Part shown: positions 37,437 through 47,655 of the stretch, piece after piece
How positions within the stretch are numbered: position 1 is the stretch's first letter
Layout: every line of letters begins with the position of its first letter
IMG/VR virus record: IMGVR_UViG_3300027740_000003
Coordinates: 320,001 to 384,000 of that record
Reading direction: 5' to 3' (one strand)
Source: a virus
Taxonomy: Duplodnaviria > Caudoviricetes
Length of the DNA: 64,000 nt
The notes under the pieces: model-generated
What the model was told of the DNA's origin: nothing
What the model saw: the letters and a program-made list of their open reading frames with translations, nothing else
The model's database searches: none
Position numbers and translations under genes: made by a program

Positions 37437-38249
37437 TTATATACCTATGGTTTTTAACACTTTAGTTTTAAGATCATCTAAAGTTCCATTATTTTCAACC
37501 ACATAATCCCAGGGCGAATTCGGATCATTTGTCTTGTATTTGTTTAAATCGTTTTCGCTTATATGATCTAAATTTGGTCCGGCAGGCAGTTTTTCTACAG
37601 GTCTAACTATTAATAATATTTTCCCGCCATTTGATCTGATACAACTTATTTCATTAAAAAACCTTACATCACTAAATACAACGTTTTCCGTCCTATAATT
37701 TTTAGCTAGATTTTGTGGTTCTGAAACTCCTTTAATTTGATTATATCGAGAATACGCTTTTCCTATATACCTTTCTTCTGGTCCAGAATAAAATTTAGGT
37801 TGTACATAAACGTATTCATGAGGAACGCCGTCTATTAATTGTTTTGCAATATTCATTGCGAAATTGGCCCAAGTATCAGTATAACAGTCTCTGCCCCAAT
37901 CTGTCCCAAGCTGTTGTATTGCATATCTTGGTGTAAGATAACATTGTGGTATTTCTGCATTATGCTTTATAATTTCATATCCGCAACATTTGCATTTTCT
38001 AAACTCATTAAATGAATGTTCTCTTGGATACCTTTTATCTAATTCATTTCTTTTTTCTGACGGTCCCCATAATTGATCTTCAGAAAATCCATAAACTTTT
38101 ACACAAATTCTTTTTATTTCATCTGCCAAAGTAATTTTTGTGAACCTATATTGTTCAACCAAAATATCTGTTGCTTTATCTTTTCCTGTGCCCATAGAAC
38201 ACATATTACCATTTGGGTCAACAGATCTTCCTATAATACCAAGAATCAT
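37437..38249 (-). CDS. Deoxynucleoside monophosphate kinase (T4 gp1-like)
   Basis: Likely start MILGIIG; GTGKD; LADEIK; PRYAIQQLGTDWGR; VVFSDVRFFNE; HISE; VENNGTL. Confidence 0.85.
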   Translation of the reverse strand: MILGIIGRSVDPNGNMCSMGTGKDKATDILVEQYRFTKITLADEIKRICVKVYGFSEDQLWGPSEKRNELDKRYPREHSFNEFRKCKCCGYEIIKHNAEIPQCYLTPRYAIQQLGTDWGRDCYTDTWANFAMNIAKQLIDGVPHEYVYVQPKFYSGPEERYIGKAYSRYNQIKGVSEPQNLAKNYRTENVVFSDVRFFNEISCIRSNGGKILLIVRPVEKLPAGPNLDHISENDLNKYKTNDPNSPWDYVVENNGTLDDLKTKVLKTIGI

Positions 38250-38599
38250 ATCCAATCCTCCGGAATTTTTTCTGGGAAATACCACCTAACTGGTTTACCT
38301 GTCCTAACAGCATGTTTTATCTCTCTTCTTGTACTTTCGCCAATATAACCATCTTTATTTATAACAAGGATTTCGCCTGCCAAATCTATTTTTTGAAGAT
38401 GTAGTTTGTCCAGCATCTCTTTCTGTTCATCAGAGCATCCAACGTGTTGGCCGTGTGTTTTTTCTGAAGAATGCATGAAAAAACCAACAGAAAGAACTAT
38501 ATTCCCCAGCATAGTTTCTTCATAATTAGCCTTCATAAAATCTTCATAGAACTTAGTCGAACCGCACAAACAAACTATTTTTGGTTTCTTTTCTATCAT
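38246..38599 (-). CDS. Nucleoside 2-deoxyribosyltransferase-like protein
   Basis: IVCLCGSTKF...KIDLAGEILVIN..GYIGESTRREI. Confidence 0.6.
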   Translation of the reverse strand: MIEKKPKIVCLCGSTKFYEDFMKANYEETMLGNIVLSVGFFMHSSEKTHGQHVGCSDEQKEMLDKLHLQKIDLAGEILVINKDGYIGESTRREIKHAVRTGKPVRWYFPEKIPEDWI

Positions 38600-40749
38600 A
38601 TGTTCACCAATTTACCTGTTGCCCCGTCGCTATCTTTCTCGACCACAATTGCATAATTAAATTTATCCTTCAGCCTGTTGTCATGAGTTATAACAAGAAT
38701 TTTATACTTTTTCTGATATTTTTTCACAATTTCAACAAAAGCATCTTTTCCTTCTTCATCCAAAGGTTGATCTATTTCGTCAAACTCTAGTAATTTAATA
38801 TCTACAGAAAGCCTGTTATAAATTACTTTTGACATTCCTAAACGTAAAGCAAATGAAATATATGCCTTCTGTCCTCCAGAAAGCTGATTATATTCTAATT
38901 CCACCCCATTGTCATTATAAGAAATATCAAGTATATCTTTGTCTTCTTTTTCAATAAGAAATCTTAAAGATAGTTCTGGCCTTATATCTTGAAGTATTTT
39001 ATTCGCTTCTAATTGAAGATCGTCTAGAATAGTATGTATAATCATTGTTGGTATTCCAGAAGAAGAAAATGCTTTAACTACTCTGGACCATTTTCTTACA
39101 CCATTTTCTAAACCTACCAACTGACCATTTAATATTTCTAATTGACAATAATCATCTTCTTTTTTTCTTTTTCTCTCATCTAAAATACCTTTTTGCGTAC
39201 TATTATTAGAAAGATCTTTTATTAATTTATTGTCCTGATCTTCTGCAACTATAATATTTTGCTTTATTTTTACAAGTTCAGAATTTATATCAGCAAAATT
39301 GAACTTTTCAGCTTTCTTATTTAGTTCCTTTTCTTGTTTTTCCAAATCTAATAAATCATTAGAACACACCTTAACATCATTTAAAAGCTTTTTCGCTAAT
39401 TCTTCAACTTTGTTTAGGTATTGCTTGTTCTGATCTATTTTTGTTTCAATAGAAGATACAACAGATTCTAGTTGTTTTACTTGATGTTTATGTTCCAATA
39501 TAACATTCTTCTCAGAATTAAAACCAGTTCTCTTAGTATGTAATGTTGTAAGTTTCTTTTTAGAAATCTCTAGTTGTTTTTGAGCTTCTTCCGCCTTTTT
39601 TGCGTTTTCTTTTGAAACTTTTTCTCTATATTCATCATTAAGTTCATTAAAACACACCTCACATTCTGCTCCTGTTGGCAGAACTTTACTCCATTTGTTA
39701 TAATTTACTTGAATTGATGCTACATATTCATTTCCTTTCTTTATTTTTGTATCAACTTCTTCTACATCTTTTTGTATTTCCGTTTCTTCTCTTATCTTTT
39801 TCTCTAATAAATTTTTATATTTAGATTTATTTTCTTCTAAAGATTTGTTTAACTCAACAATTTGAGAGTTATATTTATTTATTTCGTTTTTATATTGTAA
39901 AGCTTGTTGTTGCAGCCTTACAATGGCATCTTTTTTATTTTTCTTTTGATTATTTATTTCAACAATCTTTTCAGATATCTTTGCATCATCAGATGATAAT
40001 AAATTTTCTAGTTCAGAACATTTTTTTCTATTTTCTTCTAACAGTTTCTTTATTTGCTGCCTGTTATTTTCAGTTGTCTTTATAAAATTTTCTATATCTT
40101 TAGAAGCTGTATCAATAGCTTTGATATCTTCTTGTGGATTTCCTAAAGTATCAATAATGGTTTTTATTTTATTATATTCTTTTTCTACTTCGGAGTGTTT
40201 TACTTTAGCAGTTTTCTCAAATTTAGAATAAATAGCAAGAGAAAGAGGCTCTTTGAACAAATCTCTTCTCTTTCCTTCCGTTGCTTCCGCTATTTCAGAA
40301 AATGATCCTTGAGAAAACAAAACAGAATTAGTAAATGATTTATAGTTTATTTTTATTAAATCTTTTATATCTTCTTCCATTTGAGAAGAAGTTCTAGTGT
40401 CATCTTTTTTCCACTCACCGTTATCTAAATGTTTAAGAAGAACTTCTTTGGTTGTTTTATTATTTCTTTTCCTAGAAATCTGCCAATCTATACCGTCTTG
40501 TTCAAATTCATAAATTACTTCACATATTTTCTGACCATTTTTAACAAGTTTGCTTACTGATTTTAAATTGGTTTCATTAAATAAAACCCAAGATATGGCG
40601 TCATATATTGTTGTTTTGCCTGTAGCGTTAGATTTTCTTGGATTAGATTTATATTGACCAATAATAAGACAAGAATCAAATTTAGAAAAATCAATAATTG
40701 TCTCTTTATGGCCTTTAAAGTTCCTTATTATTAATTTTTTTGGTAGCAT
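38596..40749 (-). CDS. sbcC: SbcC/Rad50/gp46-like ATPase
   Basis: NFKGH, NATGKTT, long coiled coil with CEVC hook, LSGGQK, FDEIDQPLD, VITHD. Confidence 0.92.
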   Translation of the reverse strand: MLPKKLIIRNFKGHKETIIDFSKFDSCLIIGQYKSNPRKSNATGKTTIYDAISWVLFNETNLKSVSKLVKNGQKICEVIYEFEQDGIDWQISRKRNNKTTKEVLLKHLDNGEWKKDDTRTSSQMEEDIKDLIKINYKSFTNSVLFSQGSFSEIAEATEGKRRDLFKEPLSLAIYSKFEKTAKVKHSEVEKEYNKIKTIIDTLGNPQEDIKAIDTASKDIENFIKTTENNRQQIKKLLEENRKKCSELENLLSSDDAKISEKIVEINNQKKNKKDAIVRLQQQALQYKNEINKYNSQIVELNKSLEENKSKYKNLLEKKIREETEIQKDVEEVDTKIKKGNEYVASIQVNYNKWSKVLPTGAECEVCFNELNDEYREKVSKENAKKAEEAQKQLEISKKKLTTLHTKRTGFNSEKNVILEHKHQVKQLESVVSSIETKIDQNKQYLNKVEELAKKLLNDVKVCSNDLLDLEKQEKELNKKAEKFNFADINSELVKIKQNIIVAEDQDNKLIKDLSNNSTQKGILDERKRKKEDDYCQLEILNGQLVGLENGVRKWSRVVKAFSSSGIPTMIIHTILDDLQLEANKILQDIRPELSLRFLIEKEDKDILDISYNDNGVELEYNQLSGGQKAYISFALRLGMSKVIYNRLSVDIKLLEFDEIDQPLDEEGKDAFVEIVKKYQKKYKILVITHDNRLKDKFNYAIVVEKDSDGATGKLVNI

Positions 40750-41303
40750 TATTTAACCAATGAGTGAAAAACTTCTAAAAACATCTTTTCTGCTTGCTTT
40801 TGAGTCCAAGGTTCTATTTTAGACTTTAAAGGTTTTACATTAAAATTAATATGATTATTATTCATCAAATCTCTTATCTCAGTAGCTCTAACAATAAGGT
40901 CATATTTTAAAACTTCTTCTGGCTCTTTTTCTGGCAATCCGTACTTTTTGCATATACATTTAAGAACTTTATCCTCCATTATTTTATAAGCTAGCAATTC
41001 CATTTTTATTGGTGCTGGCAAATCAGATACATATGCTTCTGCTGAATCATGCAGTAAACCCCATAACCTATTCTTTTTTGAACATTCAGCAGCAACCCTA
41101 ACACAATGCTCAGCAACTGATGAAAATATATCCAAATGTCCATTAAACCTACACTGCATTGATAAAGAATGAGCAATATCTATTATATTTATCTCGTCTT
41201 CTCTCGGATCCATGGGCCAAAAAGTAATGCCCGTATAAGTTATTATAGCTCTGCCTTTTCTAACTTTATCTTTAAAACCATTTATGTCTTTAGCTGTGTT
41301 CAT
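40749..41303 (-). CDS. HD-domain 5'-deoxynucleotidase (YfbR/YfdR-like)
   Basis: DIAHSLSMQCRFNGH, SVAEHC, LLHDSAEAYVSD. Confidence 0.85.
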   Translation of the reverse strand: MNTAKDINGFKDKVRKGRAIITYTGITFWPMDPREDEINIIDIAHSLSMQCRFNGHLDIFSSVAEHCVRVAAECSKKNRLWGLLHDSAEAYVSDLPAPIKMELLAYKIMEDKVLKCICKKYGLPEKEPEEVLKYDLIVRATEIRDLMNNNHINFNVKPLKSKIEPWTQKQAEKMFLEVFHSLVK

Positions 41304-42447
41304 TTACCACCTCAATGCAAGCAGAAATAAACTCATCCCGTTCATCATCAGGAAAGTCCTGTTTGCTAGCCCAGAGTTTTACTGCCGCTTTAGGCTCTAT
41401 AGCTTGCCACTCTTCTTGTTTATCATCAGATATTATTCTGCTAGACCTGGACTCAGAAAAACCACTCACATAATAAGCTCCTAATTTATATAATCTATTT
41501 ACTATCTTATCTCTGTCTATTTCAACAGCATTAGGATCAATTAGTTTTATTTCAATTTTAACAATTGCATCATTAAATGATTGTTTATTTATTTCATTTA
41601 ATAAACAATCTGTTGGATTTTCTTCTTTTGGAATATCTAAACGAATCCTTTTTAAAGGCCTTGTTGGTAATTTTATTTCCTCAAAACCATCACTATCAAA
41701 TAAAACAACAACCTTTTCTTGTTCGGTTTCGCCAAAATCTGAAATATCAATACTTCCTATATGAGCAATATAAGGTTTCTTGCTAAAAACTTGAGGTTTA
41801 TGCACATGTCCCATCCAAACATAATCATATCCTTCAAAAGAAGGAAGCGGCACCATTATTTCATTAGTAAGATCGTCTATTTCATCTGTCCAAAATGATT
41901 TTTCTATAGCCAAATGACCAATAAGAACCTTTGTTTTTGATATTGATGTTGATTCAAAAGACAATAATATATTAATTTTATCTATTGCCTCATCTATTGT
42001 ATTAGCATCTAACGATCTTCTGTCCCTAAATGGAAAAAATGTAAAACTCGCATCCTCAGTATGCAAAGTATACACCCTATTATAGATAAAAATGTTCTCT
42101 AATTCGGCAGCTTCAATAATGTTTAATATTGAGGTATATCTGTTTCCTATACGCTTAAGATCATGATTGCCAAAAATTATATGAACATCAAGCCCGTAAT
42201 CTTGACAATGCTTTAACCAATCCATAAAAATAACGACCATATTGGCGTCTGGTTTCAACTCATCAAAAACATCTCCAGTAATAATAATTCTCGAAGCATC
42301 TTTAGAAATAGCTAAGTCTAAACACCAATTAAGCAGCCTAATTTGATCGGCCAGCCTGCTATTTAAAGATCCGTCAATAGATGGTCTGCCAATAGACAGG
42401 CCTTTTCCTAAATGAAGGTCTCCAACTATTAATGTTCTATCTGCCAT
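41290..42447 (-). CDS. sbcD: SbcD/Mre11/gp47-like nuclease
   Basis: GDLHLG, TGDVFD, GNHD, GHL, MGHVH metallophosphoesterase motifs. Confidence 0.9.
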   Translation of the reverse strand: MADRTLIVGDLHLGKGLSIGRPSIDGSLNSRLADQIRLLNWCLDLAISKDASRIIITGDVFDELKPDANMVVIFMDWLKHCQDYGLDVHIIFGNHDLKRIGNRYTSILNIIEAAELENIFIYNRVYTLHTEDASFTFFPFRDRRSLDANTIDEAIDKINILLSFESTSISKTKVLIGHLAIEKSFWTDEIDDLTNEIMVPLPSFEGYDYVWMGHVHKPQVFSKKPYIAHIGSIDISDFGETEQEKVVVLFDSDGFEEIKLPTRPLKRIRLDIPKEENPTDCLLNEINKQSFNDAIVKIEIKLIDPNAVEIDRDKIVNRLYKLGAYYVSGFSESRSSRIISDDKQEEWQAIEPKAAVKLWASKQDFPDDERDEFISACIEVVNEHS

Positions 42448-43111
42448 ATTCCTGCAATCTTAACTTTAATTTGCGTAATCTCTCAGCTAAGTTTGTCTCG
42501 TCAATGGTTCCGCTCGGCAGATGCTTCTGAATGTAAATATCCAGCATCTCTGTTGTCCTTTCTACAAAGGATAGACCAACAGAACCATTGTTGTTTTTTA
42601 TAAAATCGTGCACGTAATTGGAAAAATCCAAGAGCAGATCTTCTATTTTTGAATTGCTATCTTCGCCAGTCTCAATATAGAGGTCAATTGAGACATTGGC
42701 ACTATTAAGAAGGATTTCGGCAGCATCAGAGAAAGTAATATTCTCCATATAAGAGACAAATTGAACAGATCTGCCCCCTTTATTGCATCCGAAACAAAAG
42801 AATCTATCTTCTTCTTTGTTATAATGGAAAGATGGAGTAGAGTCTCTATGGTTTGGGAAAGGACAACTCCTTACAAAGGACCAACCACTTGGACTATATC
42901 TTTCCTCAAAATCTATTTTATACCTATTTTTGAATAAAGTTTCTAATGGAACTTTTTTAGAAGCAAATTCAATAAGCTCTTTTGTTATTTTAAACTTCTC
43001 GCTTGGGAAAGAAGTTTCTGTTTCCCAGCCAGAAATTTCTCCAACAGATCCACTCTCGTTTTCGAGACTGCAATAGCCGTCGGATCCGGAGTTATCAAAA
43101 ACCTTGAACAT
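42437..43111 (-). CDS. Stand-alone primase CHC2 zinc-finger protein
   Basis: CPFPNHRDSTPSF...FFCFGCNKGG..VQFVSYMENITFSDAAEIL. Confidence 0.85.
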   Translation of the reverse strand: MFKVFDNSGSDGYCSLENESGSVGEISGWETETSFPSEKFKITKELIEFASKKVPLETLFKNRYKIDFEERYSPSGWSFVRSCPFPNHRDSTPSFHYNKEEDRFFCFGCNKGGRSVQFVSYMENITFSDAAEILLNSANVSIDLYIETGEDSNSKIEDLLLDFSNYVHDFIKNNNGSVGLSFVERTTEMLDIYIQKHLPSGTIDETNLAERLRKLKLRLQEYGR

Positions 43112-43183
43112 AACGAGATATACTTATTTATCGCTTCCTTCTCTTCAGTTAGAAGCTCAACAATGTCATCTCTAGAATGTGGC

Positions 43184-43705
43184 TCAAGAACCATCCTCGG
43201 CATCTTCGTCAATAGCTTTCTTGATATCAGACAAAACCTTCTTCATTTGAACTACCTGATAAGCAAGGTCATTTATTGTATCTCTTTGGATTAAAATTGC
43301 TCTAAATAATAGATTGTTAAGACCAATTGATCCTAATCCCTCTGGCTGGCTCTGATCATTATTCATCCTTAAACCAACATCACATAGTTGATTTATTAAT
43401 TCGCTTTCATAATCCTTCTTAATTGGACCTTTATTTTCTTCTAAAGTCCTGTCTTTTAATGTTGATTTAAATTTTCCAGATAACTCCATTACCCTTTGTC
43501 TAATATCATTTTCATTCTTTTGATGATTTATAACCTCTTTATCAAAATCTATAGCTGTCTTCTTAACAGGCGCATCATCATCTTTCGCGAATCTAGATTT
43601 CTTTACCAGATTTTCTTTCAAATTAGCTTTTGGAGGAGCTGCGTCTGTCTGATCATCTGTAAATGCATTATAATTTATCTTTTCTGGCTTATTCATTTTA
43701 TTCAA
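43184..43705 (-). CDS. Hypothetical protein
   Basis: 173 aa co-oriented. Confidence 0.55.
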   Translation of the reverse strand: MNKMNKPEKINYNAFTDDQTDAAPPKANLKENLVKKSRFAKDDDAPVKKTAIDFDKEVINHQKNENDIRQRVMELSGKFKSTLKDRTLEENKGPIKKDYESELINQLCDVGLRMNNDQSQPEGLGSIGLNNLLFRAILIQRDTINDLAYQVVQMKKVLSDIKKAIDEDAEDGS

Positions 43706-44081
43706 TATCCAATATTACTGCTCCCGAATCTTCACCTGGGAGTTTAGGTTCACAGGATCCTATATCACCAGATACGCCTGCTGCTTTACGAATATTATCA
43801 ACAATCTCATTTTCAAAATAATCTACAATACTTTGAGCTTTTTCTGAAGAAATATACATTCCATGGAAATCAGCTGTTCTAATAACTAAATTCCATAAAG
43901 AATCCTGGATATCCTGTTTAAAATCAGATACAGGATAAGTATAAGAAGCTGACGCTTCTCTTACAGGATTTTTTTCAACCTGCCTCGTAATATTTTCAGC
44001 AAGTTTGGTTAATTGAAGTTTATCGGCTTCATCTGCTTCTGCTACTAACCTGTCCCTATAAATCTCTGATATTGTTCTCAT
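43698..44081 (-). CDS. Hypothetical protein
   Basis: 127 aa co-oriented. Confidence 0.55.
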   Translation of the reverse strand: MRTISEIYRDRLVAEADEADKLQLTKLAENITRQVEKNPVREASASYTYPVSDFKQDIQDSLWNLVIRTADFHGMYISSEKAQSIVDYFENEIVDNIRKAAGVSGDIGSCEPKLPGEDSGAVILDIE

Positions 44082-44083
44082 TT

Positions 44084-44296
44084 TTAACCCTTGTTTACTT
44101 CGTGTTGCTCTGCATAACCATAATTGCTAGTATTTCTTTCTGTTGGAGAATAATATTCACGCCTAGCTCCACCAAGAGGATTTGATAAATATAAATCAGA
44201 ATTATCTTTATTATTAAATAATGAATTGATTATTTTATTTAATAATATTCTGCGTAATTTTCTCCTACGTTTTCTTTTTTCAAAATCCTCATCCAC
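44084..44296 (-). CDS. Small basic hypothetical protein
   Basis: 70 aa, KRKRRRKLRR. Confidence 0.45.
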   Translation of the reverse strand: MDEDFEKRKRRRKLRRILLNKIINSLFNNKDNSDLYLSNPLGGARREYYSPTERNTSNYGYAEQHEVNKG

Positions 44297-44310
44297 AGAG
44301 AAATACGAGA

Positions 44311-44808
44311 TTATTCATCATCATCTTTCTCTAATTTCCCGGAAAGCATTTTTGAATTCATAATTTCTTGTTTCAAAGCGGTTTCAATATCGTTATCATT
44401 CATATCCAGGTCGGAATCTTCTTCATCATCTTCGTCCTCGAAATTGCCCATTAGAATCATTTTCTGGCTAGCCTGCTGTGCCAGTGCTAGACGCCTTGAA
44501 AACTCTTCTGGGGAGACCTCAGTAGGCTGCAAAAGGGGTTGTGGTGTTTTATCGTCCTCTCCAGCCCTTCGGAACATTTTTCCTTTTGGCTTTAGGGCTG
44601 TTTTTGGATCTGCTGTAGATGCCGCAAAAATAATCTTTCTTGCGGTAAATTCTTGCTCAAGAAAATCTAATATGCCCTCAACTGGACTTTCTCCAGCTAA
44701 TATTTCATAAATTTTCTGTTTATATTGCTCTCTATCAGATTTGTCAAATTTAAATGCTTTTTCCGTTAATCTGTGCAGCGTAAAATAGTCAATATCAACT
44801 TCACTCAT
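44311..44808 (-). CDS. Hypothetical protein with acidic tail
   Basis: Likely start MSEVDIDYF at 44808 behind AAGGA SD. Confidence 0.55.
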   Translation of the reverse strand: MSEVDIDYFTLHRLTEKAFKFDKSDREQYKQKIYEILAGESPVEGILDFLEQEFTARKIIFAASTADPKTALKPKGKMFRRAGEDDKTPQPLLQPTEVSPEEFSRRLALAQQASQKMILMGNFEDEDDEEDSDLDMNDNDIETALKQEIMNSKMLSGKLEKDDDE

Positions 44809-44818
44809 GATTATTTCC

Positions 44819-45442
44819 TTAAATAGTAATCCAACAATTAGAAGAACAAGAGTTTCTAGAATCAGGCAATATTGCCTCACAAAATTCACTGAACCCTTCA
44901 ATTGACACAGAATCATCATTAATTAATGATTCTGCATATTCTTTTATTATATTTCCCGGCTCCCGACCATCTTTTACTTTATTATGTAGTTCTTTATTAT
45001 ATGAATTCAAATCATAAAATATTACAGATATATTAGAATTATTTTCATAATGTTCCATAATCAAATTGATTATTTTTTCGTCCTTTTTAGTAATAACTCC
45101 ACAATAATTATGATCCTCTACCTGAATAGAATAACAAAGATACTTTGTTGGCCTTGATGTAGATTTTGAAACAGATTTTAAATTTTTCAAAATCATATTT
45201 AATTTTTTATTCAAATCATCATCCAATATTGACAGAAAAACACCCTCTTTAATATCAAACATTCTATATGCTTTATTAAGAAACGTATTTAATAAATCAA
45301 TATTATTTTCTGCTTTCTCCGTATTTTTTCTAAATACAGACCAGAGAGTATTTGATAACTTTCCACTAGGAATAGAAATGCTATCTACAACAGCTTTGCG
45401 TATTTCATCAAGAAACTCTTTTTCTGTATCAAAATTCAACAT
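44819..45442 (-). CDS. Hypothetical protein
   Basis: 207 aa co-oriented. Confidence 0.5.
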   Translation of the reverse strand: MLNFDTEKEFLDEIRKAVVDSISIPSGKLSNTLWSVFRKNTEKAENNIDLLNTFLNKAYRMFDIKEGVFLSILDDDLNKKLNMILKNLKSVSKSTSRPTKYLCYSIQVEDHNYCGVITKKDEKIINLIMEHYENNSNISVIFYDLNSYNKELHNKVKDGREPGNIIKEYAESLINDDSVSIEGFSEFCEAILPDSRNSCSSNCWITI

Positions 45443-45886
45443 TTACCTAAAACCTCTTATCTTATTTAATTTAACTTTGGTTTTCTTTATATTACTTTTA
45501 GCAACTATTTTTATTTGTTTTTCTTCTAATTGTTTTGATTCTTCTTGCGTCAATAATAATTTTAAATACAAGCCACAAGATTTGTGTTCAAGCAAGAATT
45601 TTTGAAATAATTGTATTTTTTGTTCCGACCACAAATGCCTACTAGAAACAACCTGATCGAATTTATTCTGCATATTTTGAAGAATATGTCTTATTGCATT
45701 AAAATCCAGTGCTGCTTTCGAAAACAACTCACAATTATCTAAATAATCCATAATTTCATTATAGTTGTCTAACCCCGAATGCACCAATAGTATTCTGTTT
45801 TCGCAGGAGCTACAGCTTATAAAACCATCATCAGACCTGCCAAAACAACCTAACACTAAATATAGTTGTTCTGTTTCAGAAACCAC
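45443..45886 (-). CDS. Hypothetical protein
   Basis: 147 aa with CSSC and CGL. Confidence 0.5.
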   Translation of the reverse strand: MVSETEQLYLVLGCFGRSDDGFISCSSCENRILLVHSGLDNYNEIMDYLDNCELFSKAALDFNAIRHILQNMQNKFDQVVSSRHLWSEQKIQLFQKFLLEHKSCGLYLKLLLTQEESKQLEEKQIKIVAKSNIKKTKVKLNKIRGFR

Positions 45887-45899
45887 ATGGACTTATATA

Positions 45900-46268
45900 T
45901 CAGAGAAGTTTCTTCCTGAGTATTTTCTCAACTTTTCCTCTACGCTGATAATAAACATAATCATCATCAGCTACTGGTACCGTTTCAACCCGCTCCACAG
46001 TAATAAAACCACCATCTGTAGCGTTTACAGTATATTTGCTTCCAATAGCACTTCCTAAAGATGCTATTACTGCCTGAGATTTTGGCTTAAGAAAAAGCAC
46101 ATCACCAGGAACAGGCTTCATTTCTACATGGTTTCTTACTGTTTGATCGGCTAAAGCGTACATGTCAATTGGAAGATCCTTGATTTCTTTCCAAATCTTT
46201 CCAGCAACTCCCAGCTTTTCACAAAGTTCTTCCTCTGATACGGTCTTTTTTGTTTCTTTCTCGGTCAT
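45900..46268 (-). CDS. Hypothetical protein
   Basis: 122 aa, GAGGG SD. Confidence 0.55.
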   Translation of the reverse strand: MTEKETKKTVSEEELCEKLGVAGKIWKEIKDLPIDMYALADQTVRNHVEMKPVPGDVLFLKPKSQAVIASLGSAIGSKYTVNATDGGFITVERVETVPVADDDYVYYQRRGKVEKILRKKLL

Positions 46269-46295
46269 GATATCCCTCTTGCTATGGTATATATC

Positions 46296-46607
46296 TTAAG
46301 CTGCTAACAATTCTCTAAAAACTTTCCTCATCGGCTCGATAAGTGTCATTCCATTAATTCTTTTTACCTCTTCCCCATCTTTTAATAAAATCACCGAAGG
46401 AAGACTCTTAACTTTAAATCTTTGAACAATCTCTGGAGCTTGTTCTATTTCTACAGAAATAAATTTTATATCTGGAAATTCTTCTTCTAATTTCAACATT
46501 GATGGGTGCATTTGTTTACAAGGCCCGCACCAGGTTGCCCAAAACTTTACGGCAATAAATTTTCCATCAGAAACATTAAATTCATTAGAATCAAGAATTG
46601 GTTGCAT
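46296..46607 (-). CDS. trxA: Thioredoxin
   Basis: VKFWATWCGPCK, VKSLPS. Confidence 0.93.
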   Translation of the reverse strand: MQPILDSNEFNVSDGKFIAVKFWATWCGPCKQMHPSMLKLEEEFPDIKFISVEIEQAPEIVQRFKVKSLPSVILLKDGEEVKRINGMTLIEPMRKVFRELLAA

Positions 46608-46620
46608 ATTACCTCTTTAT

Positions 46621-46656
46621 ATAAGAAACGGACCCAATCGACAAAATTGGACCCGT
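46621..46656 (-). terminator. Candidate intrinsic terminator
   Basis: Minus strand ACGGGTCCAAT-tttgtcg-ATTGGGTCCGT (11-bp stem, 2 G-U) followed by TTCTTAT. Confidence 0.55.
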
Positions 46657-46671
46657 TGAAGTTATTTCAGT

Positions 46672-46866
46672 TTACTGCAAGACTTTGTTATGTTTCTGCT
46701 CCGAAATCATTTGTTCCATAAGTTTCTGGAACTCATTTGCTGAACCCTTTAATGACTCAACATAATCCTCTTTTGTTATTACCCCTTTGTCAATAAGTAC
46801 CTTCTCCAAGGATGATAATCTTAAAAGAATATCTGCTAACGTTTCAAAAACTTTATCTTGCATCAA
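46672..46866 (-). CDS. Hypothetical protein
   Basis: 64 aa, GGAGAG SD. Confidence 0.55.
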   Translation of the reverse strand: MMQDKVFETLADILLRLSSLEKVLIDKGVITKEDYVESLKGSANEFQKLMEQMISEQKHNKVLQ

Positions 46867-46889
46867 TGATATCTCTCCATATGCCTATA

Positions 46890-47405
46890 TTATTTTCCAC
46901 AACACTTTTTGCTCTTAATTCCCGATCCACAAGGACATAAATCATTAGGCCTAACCTTGTTTTTCTTTACAACATCTTCTTTAATCGCAACGTCAGGCAA
47001 AAGAACTCCTCTTAAATGATCAGATTCGTGTTGTACTACAACAGCAAGCATATCTGTTGCAACAAAACCGTTAGGATAACATCCGTTAATTACATGAATT
47101 TCATTATATCTTCTAGTCTTTTCTCTCTTGCCAGGAAAAGAGAGACACCCTTCGCCATCAACAATTTTTAAATCAAACTGCTTTTCAATTATTGGATTAA
47201 CTAAATCAATTGATATCTTTCCCGGCCTAATAATTGCCATCTTTTTATAGATACCAATTTGAGGCGCCGCTAAGCCAACCCCCTCATTGCCTCTTTCTCC
47301 AGATAGCTTTAGTTCTTTTTCTAAAGCAACACGTATTTCTTCTACTTCTTCTGGTAAAACATCTTCACATTTTATTCGAAGAAGTTTTTCATCGGTTATA
47401 ATCAT
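46890..47405 (-). CDS. def: Peptide deformylase with C-terminal SEC-C motif
   Basis: GVGLAAPQIG, EGCLS, QHESDHL; tail PNDLCPCGSGIKSKKCC. Confidence 0.93.
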   Translation of the reverse strand: MIITDEKLLRIKCEDVLPEEVEEIRVALEKELKLSGERGNEGVGLAAPQIGIYKKMAIIRPGKISIDLVNPIIEKQFDLKIVDGEGCLSFPGKREKTRRYNEIHVINGCYPNGFVATDMLAVVVQHESDHLRGVLLPDVAIKEDVVKKNKVRPNDLCPCGSGIKSKKCCGK

Positions 47406-47406
47406 A

Positions 47407-47655
47407 TTATTCTTTCTTCAGAAATGTTCTATAAGTTAACATTTCTCTATCACCACTAGATTTTGAAGATTGTATAAAATCATTTTCACTTAAAATGAGT
47501 TTAAGCTCTTTTTCAGAAACGTCTATTTCTAAACAATTATAATCAACTAAAGTGTCATCAACAATATCGACATAATTAAATAATTTGGATACAACAAAAT
47601 CTTTATAATCTTGATCTTGCAAATACGGAAATTTTATATTTAGCTTATACCACAT
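47407..47655 (-). CDS. Hypothetical protein
   Basis: 82 aa co-oriented. Confidence 0.5.
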   Translation of the reverse strand: MWYKLNIKFPYLQDQDYKDFVVSKLFNYVDIVDDTLVDYNCLEIDVSEKELKLILSENDFIQSSKSSGDREMLTYRTFLKKE

